DNA of 64,000 bases from Balanoglossus misakiensis (GCA_040954595.2 CM082578.2:3764831-3828830), one strand, 5' to 3'. Numbered from the stretch's first letter, positions 1 through 11,213 are shown. Numbers and translations: made by a program. The notes: generated by a model from the sequence alone, not told the origin.

Positions 1-255
1 ACATTTACATCTTGTTGATGCCAGATTATGACTGTATGTTGCAATTTGAACAAGCGATAACGGCCGCTGAACCCGTTCAATCGTCCTGCATACACAAGTG
101 TACACAAAACACATGGTATGCGTCCTGTATTTCTTTTGCCATTAGCAATATCAGTAAAAAAATGTTAATGAATGTCATTGTCTGGGTGCACACTACCAGT
201 TGATTTTATATGGAATCGGTTAATGTAACTGTTCTGTATTTCTTTTTCTCTGCAG

Positions 256-716
256 CCCATGGGATTGACATCAAGGTTCTCACTACTCAACACAGATGTA
301 GCTACTTTGATGAGAATAATTGGCAGAATGATGGTTGTAAGGTATGCAACTTGATTAATATCTTCTAAATGTTGCAAACAAATTGAAATGCTCCATGTAC
401 TTCCAAGTGATGAAACTAAAGACAAGTGGCAATCAGTGTGATTTTAGGGGATACTAATCATAAATATGCAGCAGAACTAAAACTGCAGAAGGTGATGCAC
501 CTTCCGATTAATGTCTACAAGTTCTATTTAAAGTAACGCTGGGACGTGAACCAGGTGTTTGATCTTGTTTTAATTGCAAAGAAACACCCACTGATGTGTC
601 AATACGTATTTTCTCTGCTTGATATCGTGCAGGTGTCACCAAGATCCAACTTCAATTCTACCCTGTGTCTGTGTAATCACTTGACTGTTTTCAGTGCAAT
701 GGTCGGAGTTGTTTAA
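256..716 (+). CDS. 3' exons (256-341, 633-716) of a GPS/GAIN-motif protein (PKD1-like or adhesion GPCR-like); upstream exons not resolved
   Basis: Acceptor ttctctgcag|256, donor AAG|gtatgc at 341/342, acceptor cgtgcag|633. The spliced frame reads HGIDIKVLTTQHRCSYFDENNWQNDGCK|VSPRSNFNSTLCLCNHLTVFSAMVGVV*, matching the GPS pattern C-x-Y/W...W...GC...C-x-CNHLT-x-F. Confidence 0.75.
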
Positions 717-2002
717 TCTGATGGACGATTCCACGTTTAGCACAGGGGCGTCCGTTTGGTCTACAGAAGTGACTAATCAGCTGATGCGACGAGTTCCAAA
801 CAAATGATGTACCATTCAACATGATTTCGTTTTTTCTTCTCAGATTTATTTTAGACTTTATGAAGCAAAAGATGTTCATATAAGCGTTTTGGAAATCGAT
901 TTTTCTTGATAATGCATTAAATGTAAAAATCATAGATTAGTTAGAGGTGCCCATAACTTTTCCGAAAGACAAGCATTCCGTTGAGAATTTGATATGTCTT
1001 TAATAAGAATGCATTTTGTAAATTGGTTGCATGCGTCTATGATTGAGTTTGTTCATAAAAGACATGTACGATGTAATTTATTAATTTCTTTGTAATCTGT
1101 CGGGATATGATATCTATCCATGTATACATGTATACATTGATCAATATTTCTGTTTTGTAAAAAACAGTACTGTCACTTGCCATTTTAATAATCCGTAATT
1201 GTACTAGTCATTAATTGGTGGACTTATAGTATTCTGAAACTTTAAAACAAATTGTGTGTGTTTGTCTTGGATTGCTCTGGATTATTCTGGTTGACATTAA
1301 AGCGTACGCTTACTGTTCACTATGTTTGTGTTGCGCTTTATTTTCCACGAATCAAATTATATTTAATTGATGAAGCCCTCTTCCGCCATTTCCATCCCTT
1401 TTGGGGGCACAAAACAACCGTGCAAGTTGTGCATAGTTTTTTTCCTGAATAACTGAAATCAAACGTAAGAAATATGCAAAATCAACTGAACTGAACTTTT
1501 CCTTTGAGAAGAAATAAACCACAGAAATCACAGTAATCATGACCATCACTAAAAACTACTTATACCATTGTTTGTAAATGTATCCCAATATTGACCACGA
1601 AAAGTGTTAACGAACAATAACAGGTAAAGAAAACGATTCATGTTCCCTCTGTATCTTGGTTAGAATTCTGAACCAAATCATCTCTTCAGTATGTGATGAG
1701 AAATTCCTGATGTGTGTAAGCTTTGATATAAAGTCTACTGAATCACGTGTTTCATTTACAAATACCATTCAGAACAGTGTACCTTATTCATTGGTGCATA
1801 AGGCCAAGGAATTACACTATCCAAGTGTTCTAGTGGATGAGGTCAAGGTGGGCAATGGAACCTTTTTCATACAATTTAGCATTTTCCAAAAGTGGCGGCC
1901 ATATTCCTTAGCGGCAAAGCTTCGTTATTTATCTGGTTAAAACGTTTCTGGGTAGATTTTGCAGATACTTTCTGACCATATGTGCTGTGTTGAATTCATA
2001 AG

Positions 2003-2186
2003 TGTTGTGATTGCCGATGTCTCACCTTAGTGGGTAAAGGATACTAATCAAAGGTTTCTAAGGGTCTCTTGGAGGTCAGTAAAAGGCGTGCTGCTTGGTC
2101 TCTGTTCTAAGGTGGAAGAGGTAGAATAAACTATTTCCGCCCAAGGGGTGGGTAGGGTCAGTGACGTCATGGGCAGATCCACAACA
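2003..2186 (-). repeat. 3' LTR
   Basis: Matches 10088-10271 with 3 transition mismatches seen; TG...CA termini. Confidence 0.95.
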
Positions 2187-2198
2187 CTCATCCCCACC
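2187..2198 (-). other. Polypurine tract
   Basis: Minus strand GGTGGGGATGAG directly abuts the 3' LTR. Confidence 0.8.
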
Positions 2199-2279
2199 AT
2201 ATTTTGAAGGGCTTCGTCTTCTTCCCCCAAAACACCGGGGGATAACACAACATAGAACACAGCGATAACAAAATAGAAA

Positions 2280-5200
2280 TATAGCTTCAAGCAGCGATGA
2301 CGGGCACAAGCTTAAGCCGAAGGTCAAAGGTCATATGTGGTCACCCAAAAATTGGCCAAAAAGTTTTGACCCCCACACTAATCCAGGTCCAACAGAAACC
2401 AGACCTGTAGCCCTATTGGTTTGTCTGAAATAAGATATGCGCATAATTAATGATGTAAAGTGTAAGACTCTATCAATAGTTCGATCCATCCAAACACAAA
2501 TGCTGTACCTGTTCTGGATGCCGAGATATAGGAAAGTAGGTCAAAGGTCACCTGAGGCCATCCGAAAGTTTAGCAAAAAAAATTGACCCCATACCAGTCC
2601 AGGTCCAACAAAAATCAGGCCTCTAACCCTATTGGTTCGCCTAGAATTAGATATGCACATAATTAATGAGGTAAAGTATTAGGCTTCATTAGGAGTTCCA
2701 TGCCTTCAAATGCCAAGGCTGTATCTGCGCTGGTTGCCGAGATATGGTAAAGTAGGTCAAAGGTCACCTGAGGTCACCCAAAATTTGGCAAGAAATTTTA
2801 ACCCCATACTGGTCCATGTTCAACAAAAATCAAACCTCTAGCCCTATTGGCTAGCCTGGAATTAGGTATGCACATAATTAATGAGATATGCAGGTGTCAC
2901 AGGTGACTCCTAATTTTGTCTTTTCAATTTTAGTCACAACCCTCCAAACGCCAAGTCTGTACCTGCTGTGGATGCCGAGATATAGGAAAGTAGGTCAAAG
3001 GTCACCTGAGGTCACCCAAAATTTGGGCAAAAATTTTTGATCCCATACTGGTCCATGTCCCACAAGAACAAAACCTCTAGCCGTACCAGTTAGCCTGGAA
3101 TTAGGTATGCACATAATTAATGAGTTAAGCAGGTGTTACAGGTAAGCCCAAAATTTTGCCTTTTATTGTGGTCCCATTCTGCTCACGGGCCAATAGAGAG
3201 TCACTGTACAGGACCATTGCACAGCCGGCGTGGACATAGCGTCATAGCTTAACTATAGAAAATATAGGCCTATGGCTGGGTCCAAAAAAATGAAAAATAA
3301 AAAAATCTTCTTCTCAAAATAGACTTGGCCCATGGCCTTGGCATTTGGCATGTAGGACACTGACCACATGGTCTGCAAAAATCACTAAAAGAATTTTGAT
3401 ATCTCCATTCATATGCAAATTAGGCCCATTTGAAAACTTTGCCCATATATGGTCATCAGGTCACATGACTAATTAAACATTCACAGGGATACTGCACCAG
3501 CTCTCATAGGCCTGCACCATTGTGCCAAGTTTGAGATTTGTAGGTTCAGCCGTTTTCAAGATCTACCTGAGCAAAAAAACTACACAAGAAAAAAAAAAAA
3601 AAAAAAAAAAAGAATATAGCTGCAAGCAGCGATGACGGGCACAAGCTTAAGCCGAAGGTCAAAGGTCATATGTGGTCACCCAAAATTTGGGCAAAAAGTT
3701 TTGACCCCCATACTAGTCCAGGTCCAACAAAAACCTGACGTCTAGCCCTATTGGTTTGTCTGAAATTAGAAATGCACATAATTAATGATGTAAAGTGTAA
3801 GACTCCATTAATAGTTCGATCCATCCAAACACAAATGATGTACCTGTTCTGGATGCCGAGATATAGCAAAGTAGGTCAAATGTCACCTGAGGTCACCCAA
3901 TATTTGCGCAAAATTTTTGACCCCATACTGATCCATGTCCCACAAGAACAAAACCTCTAGCCCTATTAGTTAGCCTGGAATTAGGTATGCACATATTTAA
4001 TGAGTTAAGCAGGTGTTACAGGTGAGCCCAAAATTTTGCCTTTTATTGTGGTCCCATTCTGCTCACGGGCCAATAGAGAGTCACTGTACAGGACCATTGC
4101 ACAGCCAACGTGGACATAGCGTGATAGCTTAACTATAGAAAGTATAGGCCTATGGCTCGGTCCAAAAATATGAAAAATAAAAAAATCTTCTTCTCAAAAT
4201 AGACTTGGCCCACGGCCTTGACATTTGGCATGTAGGACACTGACCACATGGTCTGCAAAAATCGCTAAAAGAATTTTGATATCTCCATTCATATGCAAAT
4301 TAGGCCCATGTGAAAACTTTGCCCATATATGGTCATCAGGTCACATGACTTATTAAACATTCACGAGGGTACAGCACCAGCTCTCATAGGCCTGCACCAC
4401 TGTGCTAAGTTTGAGATTTGTAGGTTCAGCCGTTTTCAAGATCCTGTTGGGCAAAAAAACGACACAAGAAAAAAAAAAAGAAGAATATAGCTGCAAGCAG
4501 CGATGACGGGCACAAGCTTAAGCCGAAGGTCAAAGGTCATATGTGGTCACCCAAAAATTGGGCAAAAAGTTTTGACCCCCATACTAGTCCAGGTCCAACA
4601 GAAACCAGACCTCTAGCCCTATTGGTTTGTCTGAAATTAGATATGCGCATAATTAATGATGTAAAGTGTAAGACTCTATTAATAGTTCGATCCATCCAAA
4701 CACAAATGCTGTACCTGTTCTGGATGCCGAGATATAGGAAAGTAGGTCAAAGGTCACCTGAGGCCATCCAAAAGTTTAGCAAAAAAATTTGACCCCATAC
4801 CAGTCCAGGTCCAACAAAAATCAGGCCTCTAACCCTATTGGTTCGCCTAGAATTAGATATGCACATAATTAATGAGGTAAAGTATTAGGCTTCATTAGGA
4901 GTTCCATGCCTCCAAATGCCAAGGCTGTATCTGCGCTGGTTGCCGAGATATGGTAAAGTAGGTCAAAGGTCACCTGAGGTCACCCAAAATTTGGCAAGAA
5001 ATTTTAACCCCATACTGGTCCATGTCCCACAAGAACAAAACCTCTAGCCGTATTAGTTAGCCTGGAATTAGGTATGCACATAATTAATGAGTTAAGCAGG
5101 TGTTACAGGTGAGCCCAAAATGTTGCCATTTATTGTGGTCCCATTCTGCTCACGGGCCAATAGAGAGTCACTGTACAGGACCATTGCACAGCCGGCGTGG

Positions 5201-5569
5201 ACATAGCGTCATAGCTTAACTATAGAAAATATAGGCCTATGGCTGGGTCCAAAAATATGAAAAATAAAAAATCTTCTTCTCAAAATAGACTTGGCCCATG
5301 GCCTTGACATTTGGCATGTAGGACACTGACCACATGGTCTGCAAAAATCGCTAAAAGAATTTTGATATCTCCATTCATATGCAAATTAGGTCCATTTGAA
5401 AACTTTGCCCATATATGGTCATCAGGTCACATGACTAATTAAACATTCACAGGGATACTGCACCAGCTCTCATAGGCCTGCACCATTGTGCCAAGTTTGA
5501 GATTTGTAGGTTCAGCCGTTTTCAAGATCTACCTGAGCAAAAAAACTGCACAAGAAAAAAAAAAAAAAG
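2280..5569 (+). repeat. Three head-to-tail copies of an unclassified non-autonomous repeat (units about 2280-3612, 3615-4484, 4486-5569) with a variable number of ~220-bp internal subrepeats
   Basis: Each unit starts ATAGC(T/T)GCAAGCAGCGATGACGGGCACAAGCTTAAGCCGAAGGTCAAAGGTCA and ends in ...CACAAG plus an A-tract. The subrepeat AGGTCAAAGGTCACCTGAGG occurs about 4, 2 and 3 times per unit. Confidence 0.9.
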
Positions 5570-5729
5570 ATGAAAAACCCCAGTAATACCAATAGGGCAC
5601 AAGCCTGCTTGGCTTGTGCCCTAAAAAAACCCAGTAATACCAATAGGGCACAAGCCTGCTTGGCTTGTGCCCTAATGAAAAACCCCAGTAATACCAATAG
5701 GGCACAAGCCTGCTTGGCTTGTGCCCTAA
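5570..5729 (+). repeat. Three tandem ~52-bp hairpin units terminating the array
   Basis: AAACCC(C)AGTAATACCAA-TAGGGCACAAGC-CTGCTTG-GCTTGTGCCCTA x3; 12-bp stem. Confidence 0.9.
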
Positions 5730-5962
5730 AAATAGAATGTCCAGCTGGGCTTTACTGGGTATGCCCCACTGGTCGGCCTGTTTGTTTCATTTCCCCTTTT
5801 TGACAAAAATTTCCTCCAGTTGGGCTTTACAGGATATGCCCCACTAGTCGTTTGCTGAATACAAATTCCCTCTGGATCCAAATTCCCCAGTTACTTCCCG
5901 TCCTTCCCCTATACATGTATTTGGCCTTTCGGGCAAAACCCCTGGTACCCCCATCCCCAAAA

Positions 5963-7165
5963 TTAGGCTCCCAAAATCCCCACCAACATCAGGGCCAGGG
6001 CATGGACATCACTGGCGGGTGGATCCTTCCTCGCGCCTCTGATGTGGAGTATTACTGGCTTATCTTCTGGTGCCTCTTCCAACAGCTGTTGGAGGGCTTC
6101 CTCCTGTTGGCCCCATTCGTGGACGGGCACGGTTCTGTCAAGGCCTATCTCGCCCATGGCCGCTACCAGGGGATGAGTTACCAGTCCACGAATCTGCTGC
6201 ATCAGCTCCCTTGTCAGTTTCTTTACCTTTTTGGGGTGAAGCCCGACCGCCACTTTCCACCCCTGCTCCCTAAGCAGGAAGTGGTGACACCTTCGCTTCG
6301 GTGAGCCTGGGCTCTCATGTGGTCCGAGTGGAAGTGGGTATCTATAGCCTGGGATAGCCCCCTGGCTGGTGATGCTGCACTTGGTCGTCTCATTTCTGGG
6401 CTTCCGGCGCTTGCTTGGGGCTGTTTCCCTCGGGGCCAATTCTTGATGGTTTCTCTCTCCGCCGGCGACAGGTCCACCAGGAGCGTGAGGAGCACCCTCC
6501 AGTGAGTCAACACCGCTGGTGTGCTGGGTGGCGACAAACGTATCTTCTGGGGCACTTCCCACTCCATTCGGTGGCACACTCTTCTCATCACTTCCACACC
6601 CTCCGGGAGAATCTTCGCTGTCACCGGAAGACGCCCGAGGCCATGCGTTAGAAAGTAGTGGAATAGGGCGACGATGGGCTGCTCCGCCCCCACAAGTAAC
6701 TGGGTTAGGCCCCAGCAAACCGACTATGGCATCCAGGTCGATATTGCGGGTGCCTCCCCGCATGTAGGGGGGTAAATGGCATTTATACACGTGTTCCTTC
6801 AGCCATTTGGATGAATGCCCGCAATCCGGGATGGGGCAAGTTGACTCTTTCCCCGGAATTGGGCAGAAGGACGTTTTCTCGCGGGGCTGTGGTCATGGTG
6901 CCGCTGCTGATTTCTTTCCAGATGGGGGCCCTTCCACTGTCCCCGAGAGGTCAGGTGGCCTCTCTGGGCTTGCTTTCTCAGGTGGCCTCCCCTGCTCATC
7001 CTCTGGCGGCCTTTCCTCTACCCTCTCCACCGATGCTGACTCCACTCGAGGGCGGGATCCCGCAGATTTCCAGCGCCTGCTCGAACGGCTTCTCCTCCTC
7101 CTCCTGCGCCTGATGGTGGCTGTCGAGGACGCAGTGCGAGTTGGGTTTGGTAGATGTCCCGCTGG
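5963..7165 (-). pseudogene. LTR-element extra ORF: low-complexity region, C2H2-like Zn finger and TatD-family (amidohydrolase fold) nuclease domain; frameshifted and C-terminally truncated
   Basis: CPIPDCGHSSKWLKEHVYKCHLP (about 6770-6836); IDTHFHSDH (about 6318-6345, different frame); KVAVGLHP, AMGEIGLD, PVILHIR in ORF 5963-6790. One in-frame TGA at 6893-6895 separates it from ORF 6893-7444. Confidence 0.8.
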
Positions 7166-7975
7166 CCTTAGGATCAGTCCTCTGGGCAATGTAACCTTTG
7201 CCACTTTCCCTTTCGTCCCTTGCCGACCATATGTCATGTGTACACTTTCACCCCCAAACCGCAACTGATTTCTTCGCATATCTAGAATCACTCTCCTTGA
7301 CCGCATACAGTCTGCCCCTAGCAACATGTCATCTCCTATCGGCGCTACATACACATCCTCTGTGAATTTGGTCCTTCCCAACTTCAGACGCAAAGGACCT
7401 ACTTTATGGGCTTTCATTTCCATTTCACGCCCTGCAGTTTGCATGATGGTGGTTTTGAGTACTGGGGGCGGTTCCCAAGACGGCTAAAGAGACGGTCTGA
7501 AATGATGGTGACTTCTGCTGCCGTGTCTACTACTGCCTGTACTTTAATCCCTTCAACTAAAATGGGCACACTGTACATAGACCCTGACACTAACTGACAT
7601 ATAGTTATGGGCTGGGTGTCATCACCGCTGGGGGGGTTCATTTGCTGTGGATTCATCAGCGTCCGAATTCGGGGAATCATACTCCTGTTCGTCCAAAGAC
7701 TCCCCTGACGAGTTGTACTGTTCGTCGGTTCGTGCATCCCTAGGGTGTAGATAGAACCCGTGCCCTTGCAATGTATTGTCAGTGTGGGTATCTAAAGTGG
7801 CCTGACACACTGACCCCTCTTCTCGGATTTTGGCACAACCCTTGGTGTCAGTGTGTGTTGTCACCCTGCCAATTCCATTTCCTCCCCCCTTCACTTTGGG
7901 ATCATTTCTTCTGAGTATTGGGCCCTTTGGTGGCTCCTGGGTCAAACTTAGGCCCTCTGGTCTGACCCTTTCCCG
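7166..7975 (-). pseudogene. Retropepsin-like aspartic protease region of pol (frameshifted)
   Basis: VEGIKVQAVVDTAAEVTIISDRLF and EDVYVAPIGDDMLLGADCM, spread over ORFs 7622-7945, 7414-7737 and 6893-7444. Confidence 0.88.
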
Positions 7976-9514
7976 TTTAAATGCTCAGCGAATGTTACCC
8001 GTTTCTCCCCGGAATCTGAGGTCACTCTTTCCCTTCCCTTGGGGCATTCCCTACAGAAGTGTCCAGGTTCCCCACAGTTAAATCATTCCCGTCCCCTAGG
8101 GGAGGGTGACCGAGACCGGCCTGCCTCGCGTGAGGATAGGGCAACCACTGTCTTTCTCAAACTCTCTAAAGTTTTGGCCATTTCAGTCATTTGTTCGCGA
8201 AGGGTATTTATCCCGGGACTGGGACTCAGGTTACATGTACGTGGGGTTCGAAACCTCTCCCGCGAGCCTGTTCCGCTGTCGGTGGGTGATAAATCCCGAT
8301 CTCTGGGGGGTCGCTCCCGAGTGGCTGATCGCACGCGTATGAACACGTCGTCGCTATCTGTCTCAGATGTTACTCGTTTTACTTCCCAGCGTGAGGTTCG
8401 GTGGCCAAAGATCTCGCGATTGTTATATTGGAACCAACGTATTTGGTCTATGGCCTCTTCCATGGAGGATGCGCGTTGGTTAGCAACGTAAAGCCCTGCC
8501 TCGCGATCGGAGCATCCCTGACAAAACTTCATTATTGCCTGACGGTCCATAGCGCGTTCCGTCAGTTCGGGGAAAGCGTTTGTCGCGAGGGACAGGATTC
8601 GATCGGCCCATTTTTCGGCTAGGACTGCTTCCCGCTTGAGAGGGTGGGCCATAGTACATGGGATAGGGGGTCCCCGGTACTGGAGGGGCGCCACCACGGT
8701 TTTCGGTGGGAAATCGCCAATCAGCGCGTTCGTAGGGGCTGGCTGGGAGCGGTGTGGACCCCATCGGATATGGTGGCGGTGGGGTAAAATACCTTGGGAA
8801 GTTCTCTGGTGGATATTGCGGAGACATTCCAACCGGATTCCATGGGTAACCGCTTTGCTCTGTCGTGTGGAAATTATCCCTGTCTCTCGGTCCCCTCCCT
8901 CCTCCTTCATTTGGGTCTGACCCTTCATGGCCATTTTGTGAGAAACGGACCTTACGTCGCAAAGCACTTCTGGATTTTGGCCCGGGACACCCCTCCCCAT
9001 CGCTGGCTCTACCTGACCCCCTGCAGTACTCACTTGCTGTGGGAGGGTAACCCCCACTATCCAATTCTCGATGTTGGCCCATTTTCTCCCCTCCCCTGGG
9101 AAATGGGGTTGTCTTGGGCACTGTACTATTCCCCCTCCCATACTCCAGTGATGACTGATCACTTTTGCTAGCCAGCTCTGAAACTGGGATTTCCGGTGGC
9201 CCCTGGAATTTCCCCGTTTTGCGTGTATTTCTGCAGGCCGGTGTTTGCCAGTCCTCATCACTACTGCTACTGTAGATATTTGAGTTGGTCGGAACTGGGG
9301 GAAGTTCAGCTTCCCTTATTTCATAAGACACCATTTCGTGAAATTCAGGTGTGAGCCTGAGACGGGGGATTTCCCCTAATGTTTCTTTTTAGACCCTCCC
9401 GTATCTATTTCTGGCTCTCAAGATTGCCTTTGCCACTTTTTTACCTACCCCTGGCAAGGTCTTAAGGGTCATGAGGTCACATGTGTTGATATAAACTGGA
9501 CCCCTGGAGGCCAT
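7948..9514 (-). pseudogene. gag with N-terminal helix-hairpin-helix (ComEA-like), partial capsid and CCHC zinc knuckle; disrupted
   Basis: ATG at 9514 gives MASRGPVYINTCDLMTLKTLPGVGKKVAKAILRARNRYG, then an in-frame stop at 9389-9391. Capsid-like WADRILSLATNAFPEL...QAIMKFCQG. Knuckle (*)FNCGEPGHFCREC with the first Cys replaced by TGA at 8083-8085. Ends HLNGKGSDQRA*. Confidence 0.82.
7975..7981 (-). promoter_or_regulatory. Candidate -1 ribosomal frameshift slippery site T TTA AAC
   Basis: X XXY YYZ heptamer in the gag frame near the gag stop; the -1 frame is the open frame 7622-7945 leading toward the protease. Confidence 0.7.
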
Positions 9515-10073
9515 GATGATGTGATCTATTGGCCCTTTAAACACACTAATTATTAACTACACACTCCCTCACACTCGAGACAACACGTAGGGTTTACACG
9601 AGTGAACCCTTTAAAGAATAATCTCAATCACACAAAAGCTCACTCCCACACAAAAGAAACTTCTATGCGTACAGAGAAAAGTTCTCTGCGCATGCGCCGA
9701 CCGCTACCCCAAACACGTTTTGGGAATGAAGACCCTCTAACAATGGAAAAAAGGCCCTACGTGCCAAGCTCGCGGCCGAATTTCCGCCCACGCGGTAGTG
9801 GGGAAAAACACAGAAAATTGACTCAAACTACCTCCGAAACCCTGGTACCTACCCAGTACCGTCCCTAAACTTCGTTAAACAATCCCCGCGGTCCCCGAGA
9901 GTTTGCCCAGTGTCTTCTGGCCCCGGCAATCCACGATATCCCGTTTTTCCTATGCCCAGAAAAACCCCACGTCGCACCCGGACGCAATCGCTGAATTCCG
10001 ACCACACAGAAACACCACTCTCCCTCCCCCGCGTATCAAAAAAAGCAGTTCCCCGCACTAGGCTCGAACACAG

Positions 10074-10086
10074 GCTCGCAGCGCCA
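10074..10086 (-). promoter_or_regulatory. Primer binding site (probably tRNA-Ser)
   Basis: TGGCGCTGCGAGC lies 1 nt inside the 5' LTR and is complementary to a tRNA 3' end ...GCTCGCAGCGCCA. The Ser assignment is from resemblance to known tRNA-Ser 3' ends. Confidence 0.75.
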
Positions 10087-10087
10087 A

Positions 10088-10271
10088 TGTTGTGATTGCC
10101 GATGTCTCACCTTAGTGGGTAAAGGATACTAATCAAAGGTTTCTAAGGGTCTCTTGGAGGTCGGTAAAAGGCGTGCTGCTTGGTCTCTGCTCTAAGGTGG
10201 AAGAGGTAGAATAAACTATTTCCGCCCAAGGGGTGGGTAGGGTCAGTGACGTCATGAGCAGATCCACAACA
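10088..10271 (-). repeat. 5' LTR
   Basis: Direct repeat of 2003-2186. Confidence 0.95.
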
Positions 10272-10896
10272 TAAGCATATATCTTTACCAACATTTCCCA
10301 CAGCAGAAGTAAAGCTGCAATTCTAGAAAGACAATTTGTCATTTTCCACCGCCTCTCACGTCATCTGCATTAACATTTGCATTATTCAGATTCTAACGGG
10401 TAAAAATTCTTACTCGCTCAGGCGTTTATGTGTTCTAGGCATCACTATACAATTCCGTAAGTCATGAAAAAACACTTATTAGGAACACCGTGTCTTTGCA
10501 GTGCAAATTCTTAGCTAATTTCATTTTTCCGGGAGAACCGACCTTCGCGTGCACGCAGCGCTCGCGTTCAGAACAGTGACTTCCAAAAAACCTATCAGGA
10601 CGATGCTTGATTGAATGTGTTCACTTCATTGAAAACCTCATTCCAGCGAGAGAACATTGATCTAAAGGCACATGAGCGGCAACTGGATAAAAATAGCGTC
10701 CAGGACACATGTTGCTCTCTCAGTGTGTAGTCGATGATGAGCAGCATGTTTGGAGAACAGTGGTTTGGTATATGGGTGAAAGGAACAATTTGCAAACACC
10801 AAGGTGAAATGCTGAACTGTTTTGCTCATGTAATATTCAATGCAGCCTGATAAGGTGCACGTATTATCAGTTACTCTTTCGTTTTCAATTATGATT

Positions 10897-11213
10897 TATT
10901 TAAGCAATAAAACACCCCCAGCCATGGTATACCACGAGATTTTGACCAGTTCACGACATATACGCAGAGCGATAGCGAGTGCGTATATGGAGTTGAACTG
11001 GTCAAAATCGAGTGGTATACCATGGCTGGGGGTGTTTTATTGCTATTATATTATGCCAGTATATTGAAACTTGGCATAAAACATTTTAAAAAGGCATTTT
11101 CTTTGACTATGATATATGACTGTGGTATATGGCTAATATATCACGGTCACGTGTCGTGTCTCGACCAATCAAATAGCGTGATTTACACCATCAATATACT
11201 GGTATAATATAAT
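10897..11213 (+). mobile_element. Short non-autonomous element with long 5' hairpin (possibly Crypton-like)
   Basis: Inverted repeat 10903-11044 (AGCAATAAAACACCCCCAGCCATGGTATACCAC... and its complement); 3' end TCTCGACCAATCAAA...TATAATATAAT. Same layout as 46066-46467. Confidence 0.55.

Larger units (their letters stand above)
2003..10271 (-). mobile_element. Gypsy/Ty3-type LTR retrotransposon, non-autonomous (no RT/RNase H/integrase), with TatD-like cargo ORF
   Basis: 184-bp direct LTRs TGTTG...CAACA; 4-bp TSD TAAG (1999-2002, 10272-10275); PBS and PPT; gag CCHC knuckle; aspartic protease DTA motif. Confidence 0.93.

Noticed and set aside
2048-2327. Signal-peptide-like ORF shared with 10133-10342 (possible env)
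   Set aside because: Short frames running through LTR sequence, with no env features.
5512-5803. Repetitive ORFs and CRISPR-like hairpin repeats
   Set aside because: Contiguous tandem copies with no spacers and no cas genes, in a eukaryotic context.
5852-9171. Many plus-strand ORFs across the LTR interior
   Set aside because: Antisense shadows of GC-rich minus-strand coding sequence; no motifs.
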